Assembly: GCF_000007145.1 (NCBI RefSeq)
Contig: NC_003902.1
Span: 4,526,497 to 4,558,496, forward strand
Length of the DNA: 32,000 nt
DNA from: Xanthomonas campestris pv. campestris str. ATCC 33913
GTDB taxonomy: Bacteria; Pseudomonadota; Gammaproteobacteria; Xanthomonadales; Xanthomonadaceae
Direction of reading: 5' to 3'
The translations under genes and the position numbers were made by a program. Positions 8,680-16,303 of the stretch are shown piece after piece. Positions within the stretch are counted from its first letter, which is position 1, and every line of letters begins with the position of its first letter. The notes beneath the pieces are model-generated. The model was not told the DNA's origin. It made no database searches and saw only the letters and a program-made list of their open reading frames with translations.

Positions 8680-9712
8680 GCGCCGCCGCCAGCGGCGGCA
8701 AGCTCGCCATATCCCAACGCGGCGTCACCTGCACCGCGGCATCGGCGTGCTCGCCGGCTTCCAGGCGCAGCGCGCCGGCGAAGGCAATCATGGCGCCGTT
8801 GTCGGTGCACAGGGCCGGGCGCGGGAAGCAGACCCGGCCGCCGCGGCGTTGCGCGGCCTCCTGCAGGCGGGCCCGCAGGCGCTTGTTGGCGCCCACGCCG
8901 CCGGCCACCACCAGGGTGTTGCAGTCGGCGGTGTCCAGCGCGCGCAAGCACTTGATCGCCAGCGTCTCCACCACTGCGTCCTCGAACCCGCGCGCGATGT
9001 CGGCGCGGGTGGTGTCGGATTGGTCGCTGCCGCGCCAGGCCAGCAGCACCTGGGTCTTGAGCCCGCTGAAACTGAAGTCCAGCCCGGGGCGGTCGGTCAT
9101 CGGCCGCGCGAACTTGTAGCGCCCCGGCGTGCCGGTTTCGGCCAACGCCGCCAGCTGCGGGCCGCCCGGATACGGCAGCCCCATCATCTTGGCAGTCTTG
9201 TCGAAGGCTTCGCCGGCGGCGTCGTCCAGCGTTTCGCCCAACACTTCATACGCGCCCAGCGCCTTCACCGAGACCAGCTGGGTGTGGCCGCCAGACACCA
9301 GCAGTGCCACGAACGGCGGCTGCGGCGGGTCGTCTTCCATCAACGGGGCCAGCAGGTGGCCTTCCATGTGGTGCACGCCGATCGCCGGCACCTCCAGTGC
9401 CCAGGCCAGCGCGCGCGCTACCCCCGCACCTACTAGCAAGGCACCGACCAGGCCCGGACCGGCGGTATAGGCCACCCCGTCCAGCTCATCGATGCGCAAC
9501 CCGGCCTCGTCCAGGGTCTGACGGATCAGCGGCAGCAGCTTGCGCACATGGTCGCGGCTGGCCAGCTCCGGCACCACGCCGCCGTATTCGGCATGCAGCG
9601 CGATCTGGCTATAGACCGCATGGGCGCGCAGCGCCGGCACGCCGGACAGCGCGGTGTCGTACACCGCCACCCCGGTCTCATCGCAGGATGATTCGATCCC
9701 AAGCACTTTCAT
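8648..9712 (-). CDS. tsaD: tRNA N6-adenosine threonylcarbamoyltransferase
   Basis: [19 protein letters not shown]... and [10 protein letters not shown] are canonical Kae1/TsaD motifs. The start at 9712 is chosen by homology to TsaD N-termini. The last 10 codons lie inside the repeat arm. Confidence 0.92.
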
Positions 9713-9868
9713 GACAGTTCGGCAGGCAGGTTCATGGGCTGTATTTTCGCAGCTTTTGCCGCGCGCAAACCGGTCTCCGCAGGTATGCTGCGCAACCGCA
9801 GAATGGCCCGCCAACTGCGGCAGCACGCACGTTCCGGCGCCCTCGATCCATTCGATTGCGCCAGGGGC

Positions 9869-9896
9869 TTGCAGGCCGTTCCCAAGTCGTTATAAT
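9869..9896 (+). promoter_or_regulatory. Sigma70-type promoter for rpsU
   Basis: TTGCAG (9869-9874), a 16-nt spacer, then a perfect TATAAT (9891-9896), about 95 nt upstream of the rpsU ATG. Confidence 0.5.
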
Positions 9897-9992
9897 GCGC
9901 GGCTCGCCGGGGCAACCCGGAAATTCCGTCACGCGAGTCCGCTCGCACCCGCCCGGGGCTCCCGGACGGAAATCCCATTATCTGGAGAACCC

Positions 9993-10208
9993 ATGCCCAG
10001 CGTTAAAGTCCGCGAGAACGAGCCCTTCGAATTTGCGCTCCGCCGCTTCAAGCGCACCTGCGAAAAGGCCGGCGTGCTGGCCGAGACCCGCAAGCGCGAG
10101 TTCTATGAAAAGCCGACCCAGGAGCGTAAGCGTAAGGCTGCCGCTGCTGTGAAGCGTCAGCTGCGTCGCTCCTCGCGCGACGTCACCAAGCGCCAGCGCT
10201 TGTACTGA
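9993..10208 (+). CDS. rpsU: 30S ribosomal protein S21
   Basis: [28 protein letters not shown]... is a 71-aa canonical S21. A GGAGA SD lies upstream. Confidence 0.95.
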
Positions 10209-10272
10209 TCGATCGCGGTTCTTCGCCGGTGGGCAGGCGCTGTAGGCGCGGCCCCTCGGAGTCGAACCTAAG

Positions 10273-10305
10273 AGCCGGCACGCGCAAGCGTCGCCGGCTT
10301 TTTGT
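10273..10305 (+). terminator. Rho-independent terminator after rpsU
   Basis: AGCCGGC(A)CGCG pairs with CGTCGCCGGCT, followed by TTTT. Confidence 0.6.
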
Positions 10306-10434
10306 ATTGGCCTGACGCGGCCGTGCGTGCCGAGGCAGTTGGCCCGGCGTACCGCGTCGCTGTACGCACGCCGGTCACCCGCCATCTTGGCGGCGCCTGT
10401 CGGCGATCCCCCTTACGTTACCCAGGAGTACAGC

Positions 10435-10881
10435 ATGTCCCTCAAGCAACAGCTCACCGAAGACATGAAGGCTGCGATGAAGTCCGGCGACAAGCACAGC
10501 CTGGGCGTGATCCGGCTGATCAATGCCGCGATCAAGCAGAAGGAAGTGGACGAGCGCGTCGAAATGGACGATGCCGCCGTCATTGCCGTGCTCGACAAGA
10601 TGGTCAAGCAGCGCAAGGACTCGGTGACCCAGTACGAAGGCGCCGCCCGCGAGGATCTGGCACAGATCGAGCGCGAGGAAATCGTAGTGATCGAGCGCTA
10701 CCTGCCGGCAAAGATGGGCGAAGCCGAGATCGTGGCCGCGATCCAGGCGGCCGTCGCCGAGACGGGCGCCAGCAGCCCTGCCGATATCGGCAAGCTGATG
10801 GGCGCACTCAAGCCCAAGCTGGCCGGTCAGGCCGACATGGGCCTGGTGTCCACGCTGGTGAAGAAGCAACTGGCCGGCTGA
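10435..10881 (+). CDS. yqeY: GatB/YqeY domain protein
   Basis: MSLKQQLTEDMKAAMKSGDK..VKQRKDS..ERYLP is typical of the YqeY family. An AGGAG SD lies 6 nt upstream of the ATG at 10435. Confidence 0.9.
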   Translation: MSLKQQLTEDMKAAMKSGDKHSLGVIRLINAAIKQKEVDERVEMDDAAVIAVLDKMVKQRKDSVTQYEGAAREDLAQIEREEIVVIERYLPAKMGEAEIVAAIQAAVAETGASSPADIGKLMGALKPKLAGQADMGLVSTLVKKQLAG

Positions 10882-11674
10882 GGCCGATCAGCCGACCTGC
10901 CCTGCGCCGATGGCCGGGGCATGCAGGCGGCGGGTGCGCTGCTGCTGCCGCGCGCGTCGAGCCCGCGTGGTGCGATGACGACGCGCGCCGGTGATGGGCC
11001 TTCGCCTTCCGAGGTGGATCGCAGCTTGGCGGTATGTGTGGCCCGATGTGTCGCACAGGTACGTCGGTCGCAGCGGCGAAACCATTGCCTCGTTGCTGCG
11101 AACGCAAGCTGCGCGCTGCCGAGTCCGCGCACATCGGTACGGCGCCGCACGTCTTCTAAGCCGCACGGCATCATCGACGCCGCAGTGCTGCTGGCACATC
11201 GTTGATCACTGATCCGTACTGCTGTTGCCACTGCCTTTTCCGTTCCGAGAACAACGGCGCGCAAGCGACGATGTGGCTCCGGCTCAAGCAAATGGCCAAT
11301 GCACACTGCATCTGCGCGCCTCATACCGTTGGTTCGCCGTAAGTCCGACACTGCGCTGCAGTGTGGCAAGGCTCGCATCGATTCTTTTTCTGTCATACGC
11401 CTGCGCGCTATCGCAGACAGGAATCAACGCTGCGCGCTGAGGTCAACCAGGCATCGCGCGGCAGGCGCCGCAAGTGATGTGCAGCACTCAACGATGCGCA
11501 GATATTGGCCCAGCCGGCAGCGCGCCACCGGCACATGTCCGCACCTGATCTCGCAGCCATCGCTGCACGACATCCTCCAGCATCGATTTTTTCACCATGC
11601 CTTCGATCCCGCCCTGCTAGAACGGTGATGCCAGCGCAGGCGCAGGCCAGGCACCCCGCATACCGGCCTGGCCC

Positions 11675-12667
11675 TTGAATCCTGCACACGCCACGGTATG
11701 CGCCAAGGATTCTCCGCCGGTGACGACATTCTCCACCGAACACCTGCAAAAGCACCTGACCCGCGTGCAGCGCAGCCTGCCCATGGCGCTGTTCAACCGC
11801 TTTCTCGAAATCGACGTGATGACCCAGGCCGCGTCGTTGTCGTTCTATGCGCTGCTGTCGCTGGCGCCCTTGCTGGTCTTGCTGCTGTGGCTGACGGCCT
11901 CGCTGTATCCACCCGCGCAGGAAGCGCTGGTGCAGCAGATCGCGCAACTGGCCGGTGGCAGCGCGGCGGAGGTGGCCGATACGGTGATCCGCAATGCCAC
12001 CGACCAGCCCGGTGTGGGCTCGCTGGCCGGGCTGTGGAGCACGCTGCTGCTGTTCATCGGTGCCACTGCGGTCTTTGCGCAGCTGCAGAACGCACTCAAC
12101 CTGATCTTCCGTACCGACAAGCAGCGCCTGGACGGCATCATGGCGTGGCTGAAGAAGCGGGTGTTTTCCTTCGGCGTGATCCTGGCGCTGGGCTTCCTGC
12201 TGATCGTCTCGATGATCGCCACCACCGCCTTGCAGGTGGTCTTTGCCAGGCTGCCCTCTGTACTACCTGCTGTGGGCTATGTGACCACGCTGGCGTTGTA
12301 TTCGCTGGCGTTTGCGTTCCTGTATCGCTACCTGCCCGATCGCACCGTCAATTGGCGCCAGGCCTTCGTGGGCGGCGTGATCACTTCGCTGTTGTTTGCC
12401 CTGGGCCGCTACGCGATCGGCGTGTACATCGCCAAGGCTGCGCCCGGCAGTGCGTACGGCTCGATGGGCACGCTGGTGATCCTGCTGGTGTGGATGTACT
12501 ACGCCTCGGTGGTGTTCTTCATCGGCGCGCTGCTCACCGCAGTGATCGATGAGCGCGTACGCTCGCACCGCAAACTGCGCGACGCCGGCGTGGACCCGGA
12601 GCATCCGCCCGAGATCGTTGCTGTGCCGGCCACACCGGCTTCCACCGAGACGCCGTTGCGCAGCTGA
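11675..12667 (+). CDS. YihY/BrkB-family (ribonuclease BN-like) membrane protein
   Basis: Multi-pass membrane ORF with the family pattern (..AASLSFYALLSLAPLL.., ..YRYLPDR.., ..GSAYGSMGTLVILLVWMYY..). The start is uncertain: ATG 11675, GTG 11720 (AAGGA upstream) and ATG 11783 are all possible. Confidence 0.8.
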   Translation: MNPAHATVCAKDSPPVTTFSTEHLQKHLTRVQRSLPMALFNRFLEIDVMTQAASLSFYALLSLAPLLVLLLWLTASLYPPAQEALVQQIAQLAGGSAAEVADTVIRNATDQPGVGSLAGLWSTLLLFIGATAVFAQLQNALNLIFRTDKQRLDGIMAWLKKRVFSFGVILALGFLLIVSMIATTALQVVFARLPSVLPAVGYVTTLALYSLAFAFLYRYLPDRTVNWRQAFVGGVITSLLFALGRYAIGVYIAKAAPGSAYGSMGTLVILLVWMYYASVVFFIGALLTAVIDERVRSHRKLRDAGVDPEHPPEIVAVPATPASTETPLRS

Positions 12668-12747
12668 GCCCAACCGTGGGCGCTCGGCTGCGGATGAAGA
12701 CGCACTGAGACAGGCCCGAGCCGGGCGCGAGGGATTATCCTAGCGGG

Positions 12748-14496
12748 ATGGCCCGCATCCCAGACGCGTTCATCGACGAACTGCTCGCACGCACCGACAT
12801 CGTCGAGGTGGTGGGCGGTCGCGTGCCGCTCAAGCGCCAGGGCAAGGAGTATTCGGCGCGTTGCCCGTTCCATGACGAGCGCTCGGCCTCGTTCACCGTG
12901 TCGCCGACCAAGCAGTTCTATCACTGCTTCGGCTGCGGCGCGCACGGCACCGCGATCAGCTTCCTGATGAATTACGACCGCCTTGAATTTCTCGACGCGG
13001 TGGATGAGCTGGCCAAGCGCGCGGGCATGGAGATTCCGCGCGAGACCCAGCAGCGCACCCCGCAACAGCAGGATGACAGCCGCGAGTTGTACTCGGCACT
13101 GGAGGCGGCGACCAAGTTCTTCCAGCGTCAGCTCGAAGGCAGCGACCGTGCCCGCGACTATCTGGATGGGCGCGGCGTGGATGCGGAAAACCGCGCGCGT
13201 TTCCAGATCGGCTACGCACCGGATGGCTACAGCGCCCTGAAGGACACGCTCGGCACCGATGCGCGCCGCATGAGCGTGCTCGAACGTGCCGGGCTGTTTT
13301 CCAAGAACGACCGCGGGCATGTCTACGACAAGTTCCGCGACCGGGTGATGTTCCCCATCTTCGACCGCCGCGGCCGCGTCATTGCCTTCGGCGGGCGCAT
13401 CATGGGCGCGCCGGCCGATGGCCGCGACCCGGGCCCCAAGTACCTCAATTCGCCGGAAACCGCGTTGTTCCACAAGGGCCGGGAGTTGTATGGCCTTTGG
13501 CAGGTGCGCCAGGCCAACCAGAAGATCGAACGGCTGATCGTGGTGGAGGGCTACATGGACGTGGTCTCTCTGTTCCAGTTCGGCGTGACCCAGGCGGTGG
13601 CCACGCTGGGCACGGCGACCACGCCGGAACACGCCGAGCTGTTGTTCCGCAATGCGCCAGACGTGTACTTCTGTTTCGATGGCGACAACGCCGGGCGCAA
13701 GGCCGGCTGGCGCGCGCTCGAGTCGGTGCTGCCGCGCATGAAGGACGGCCGACAGGCGTTCTTCCTGTTCCTGCCCGACGGCGAAGACCCGGACACCATC
13801 GTGCGCAAGGAAGGCGCGCAGGCCTTCGATGCGCGCCTGAAACAGGCCACGCCGCTGTCGCAGTTCTTCTTCGACGAAATGGCGCGCGACATCAACCTGC
13901 ACACGCTGGATGGCAAGGCACGCCTGGCCGAGCGTGCCAAGCCGATGCTGGCGCAGATTCCCGAAGGCGCGTTCGGCGATCTGATGAAGCAGGAACTGGC
14001 GCGCATGACCGGCGTTGGGGCGAGCATGTCCGCGCAACAGTCCCCGCCAAAAGCGCGGCCGCCCGCGCGCATGGGTGCGCCCACGCAGAAACGCAGCCTG
14101 GTGCGTGCGTCGATCGCCATCCTGTTGCAACAGCCGTCATTGGCGATGAGCCTGGAAGGCGACCACGATTTCTCCGGTCTGCGCCTGCCCGGCATCGAGT
14201 TGTTGATGGAGCTGCTCGCGCTGGTACGGCAACGGCCGGAAATCAGCACCGGCGCGCTGCTGGAACACTTCGCCGAGCGCGAGGAACTGGTCGCGCTGCA
14301 GAAGCTGGCCGCGCAGGAGCTTCCCGGCGACGAGCACAGCTGGGCGATCGAGTTGCACGACGTCGTCGCCCAGCTCGACAAGCAATTGCTGCGTCAGCGC
14401 GTGGAAGAACTGCAGGCCAAACAGCGCGCGCAGGGCCTGGACAACACCGACAAGTACGAAATGCGCGAACTGCTCAAGGCGCTCGCAGCGTTGTGA
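12748..14496 (+). CDS. dnaG: DNA primase
   Basis: Contains the zinc-ribbon (CPFHDERSASFTVSPTKQFYHCFGCGAHG), the TOPRIM region (VVEGYMDV..FDGDNAG) and the C-terminal helicase-interaction domain. Confidence 0.95.
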   Translation: MARIPDAFIDELLARTDIVEVVGGRVPLKRQGKEYSARCPFHDERSASFTVSPTKQFYHCFGCGAHGTAISFLMNYDRLEFLDAVDELAKRAGMEIPRETQQRTPQQQDDSRELYSALEAATKFFQRQLEGSDRARDYLDGRGVDAENRARFQIGYAPDGYSALKDTLGTDARRMSVLERAGLFSKNDRGHVYDKFRDRVMFPIFDRRGRVIAFGGRIMGAPADGRDPGPKYLNSPETALFHKGRELYGLWQVRQANQKIERLIVVEGYMDVVSLFQFGVTQAVATLGTATTPEHAELLFRNAPDVYFCFDGDNAGRKAGWRALESVLPRMKDGRQAFFLFLPDGEDPDTIVRKEGAQAFDARLKQATPLSQFFFDEMARDINLHTLDGKARLAERAKPMLAQIPEGAFGDLMKQELARMTGVGASMSAQQSPPKARPPARMGAPTQKRSLVRASIAILLQQPSLAMSLEGDHDFSGLRLPGIELLMELLALVRQRPEISTGALLEHFAEREELVALQKLAAQELPGDEHSWAIELHDVVAQLDKQLLRQRVEELQAKQRAQGLDNTDKYEMRELLKALAAL

Positions 14497-14993
14497 TGCC
14501 GCTACGCCTGCGCCACGCGGTCTGGATGCTCCTGCTGCTCGCTGGCGGCGCGCTGGCGCAATCAGCACCGCCCTACCGCCCGCGCGCGGTGCTGAGCGCC
14601 GGCCAGCCATCGCAGGCGCAATTGCGCGAGGCAGCCGCCAACGGCGTCACGACCGTGATCGACTTGCGTGGCCCGGACGAAGCGCGCGGCTACGACGAAA
14701 CCGCAAGCGCGCACGCCCTGGGCCTGCGCTATGTGCGCCTGCCGATCCGCACTGCAGCCGGGCTCACGCCCGACAACGTGCGCGCGTTGCAGCGCGTGCT
14801 CGACCAACAAGCCCAGGGCAAGGTGTTGCTGCATTGTGCAAGCGGCAATCGCGCCGGCGCGTTGCTGGCGCTGCTCGCCGCACGCGAGGGCGCCAGTGCC
14901 GAACAGGCCCTGCAAATCGGGCGCGATGCCGGCCTGCAACCGTCACTGGAACCGGCGGTGCGCGAACGCCTGCCGCCACCGCCGCCGCAGTGA
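14496..14993 (+). CDS. Secreted DUF442/TIGR01244-like protein with a PTP-type HCxxGxR loop
   Basis: The ATG at 14496 shares its A with the dnaG TGA (TGATG). It has a signal peptide (MPLRLRHAVWMLLLLAGGALAQS) and the motif LLHCASGNRAG. It occupies only the last 165 codons of the 498-aa track ORF. Confidence 0.75.
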   Translation: MPLRLRHAVWMLLLLAGGALAQSAPPYRPRAVLSAGQPSQAQLREAAANGVTTVIDLRGPDEARGYDETASAHALGLRYVRLPIRTAAGLTPDNVRALQRVLDQQAQGKVLLHCASGNRAGALLALLAAREGASAEQALQIGRDAGLQPSLEPAVRERLPPPPPQ

Positions 14994-15081
14994 CGCATCT
15001 GTTGCGCCGGCATCGGCCGGTGCAGCAGTGCATCGTAGAATGGTCCGCGACAGGCGCCTGCGCGCCGCCCCTGGGACCTCG

Positions 15082-16074
15082 ATGAAGAAGCTGCTGGCGC
15101 GGTTGCGCATTGATCCATTCACCCTGGCGCTGCTGTGCACGGTTACGCTGGCATCGCTGCTGCCGGTCACCGGCACCGCGGCCGCGATCATGGACGACGT
15201 CACCGACGTGGCGATCGCCGCGCTGTTCTTCCTGCACGGCGCGCGGCTCTCGCGCGAAGCGGTCAAGGCCGGCGCGCTGCATTGGCGGCTGCACTTGGTG
15301 ATTCTGGCCTGCACCTTCGTGCTGTTCCCGCTGCTGGGCCTGTTGTTCAAGCCGCTCGCGCATCTGGCACTGACGCCGGAGTTGTACATCGGCGTGCTGT
15401 TCCTGTGCGCCCTGCCCTCCACCGTGCAGTCCTCGATCGCGTTCACCTCGATGGCGCGCGGCAACGTGCCGGCTGCAGTATGCGCAGCCTCGCTTTCCAG
15501 CCTGTTGGGCGTGTTCCTCACGCCATTGCTGATGGGCCTGTTGGTCGGTAGCCAGGGCGCGATGGCGCACCCGGCCGAGGCGATCGGCAAGATCATGCTG
15601 CAGTTGCTGGTGCCGTTTCTGGCCGGGCATTTCCTGCGTCCGTGGATCGGCGGCTGGGTCGAACGCCATCGCGCGGTGCTGCGCTACACCGACCAGGGCA
15701 CCATCCTGTTGGTGGTCTACACCGCCTTCAGCGCATCGGTGAACGAAGGGCTGTGGCAGAAGACGCCGCTGCCCGCACTGCTCGCCGTACTCGGTGCGGC
15801 CGCATTGCTGCTGACCGTTGCGATGCTCTCGATCACCTTCGTCGCGCGGCGCCTGCATTTCAGCCGCGCCGACGAGATCGCCATCGTCTTTTGCGGCTCC
15901 AAGAAAAGCCTGGCCACCGGCGTACCGATGGCCAAGGTCATGTTCGCCGGCGGCGGCCTGGGCGCGATCGTGTTGCCGATCATGCTGTATCACCAGCTGC
16001 AGCTGATCGTCTGCGCGTTCGTGGCTGCGCGTTATGCGGTGCGCGACCAACAACAGGATGCCGGCCACCACTGA
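15082..16074 (+). CDS. Bile acid:Na+ symporter (SBF/YfeH-like) family transporter
   Basis: 330-aa polytopic protein starting MKKLLARLRIDPFTLALL. It carries family-like segments (LPSTVQSSIAFTSMARGN, FCGSKKSLATGVPMA). Confidence 0.85.
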   Translation: MKKLLARLRIDPFTLALLCTVTLASLLPVTGTAAAIMDDVTDVAIAALFFLHGARLSREAVKAGALHWRLHLVILACTFVLFPLLGLLFKPLAHLALTPELYIGVLFLCALPSTVQSSIAFTSMARGNVPAAVCAASLSSLLGVFLTPLLMGLLVGSQGAMAHPAEAIGKIMLQLLVPFLAGHFLRPWIGGWVERHRAVLRYTDQGTILLVVYTAFSASVNEGLWQKTPLPALLAVLGAAALLLTVAMLSITFVARRLHFSRADEIAIVFCGSKKSLATGVPMAKVMFAGGGLGAIVLPIMLYHQLQLIVCAFVAARYAVRDQQQDAGHH

Positions 16075-16303
16075 GCCCGTCTCCCATGGCGACGAGGCGG
16101 CACTGACCGATCGCGTGCGCACGCATGTTCGGCCGTGCGCCGTCAGTCCGACCCATCCGGGCCACTGCGCTGCGGGTAACACAAGTTCGCATGGGCACCC
16201 TTGCCGTGTCCTCGGCAGCGCTACAACGCTCAGGACGCCTCTCGGCGCGGACGCCTGGCCGTTCGCCGGAGTGGTCGATCCTTTTGCCCACTGGTGAGTT
16301 CCC

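Noticed and set aside
8511-9119. ORFs crossing the heptamer repeat (8511..8951 minus, 8592..9119 plus, 8629..8955 plus), including peptides such as ..[11 protein letters not shown]..
   Set aside because: They are translations of the repeat arms and of the tsaD antisense or alternate frames. No independent support exists.
10827-11947. Minus-strand ORFs 10827..11396 (189 aa) and 11408..11947 (179 aa) as candidates to fill the yqeY-yihY gap
   Set aside because: They overlap the 3' end of yqeY and the 5' end of the yihY-like gene respectively. They are Arg/Cys/Ala-rich and show no motifs. The gap is treated as non-coding or a possible pseudogene in the findings.
12499-14130. 543-aa minus-strand ORF antisense to dnaG. 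The same applies to 13551..14381, 14764..16671 and 15980..17299 on the minus strand.
   Set aside because: The sequences are Arg/Ala-rich and low in information, and they fully overlap confidently identified plus-strand genes (dnaG, the transporter, the thioredoxin lipoprotein). They are antisense artefacts.
13497-14993. 498-aa plus-strand ORF running through dnaG in another frame
   Set aside because: Only the last 165 codons (from ATG 14496) look like a real protein, with a signal peptide and an HCxxGxR domain. The upstream part is an out-of-frame read-through of dnaG.
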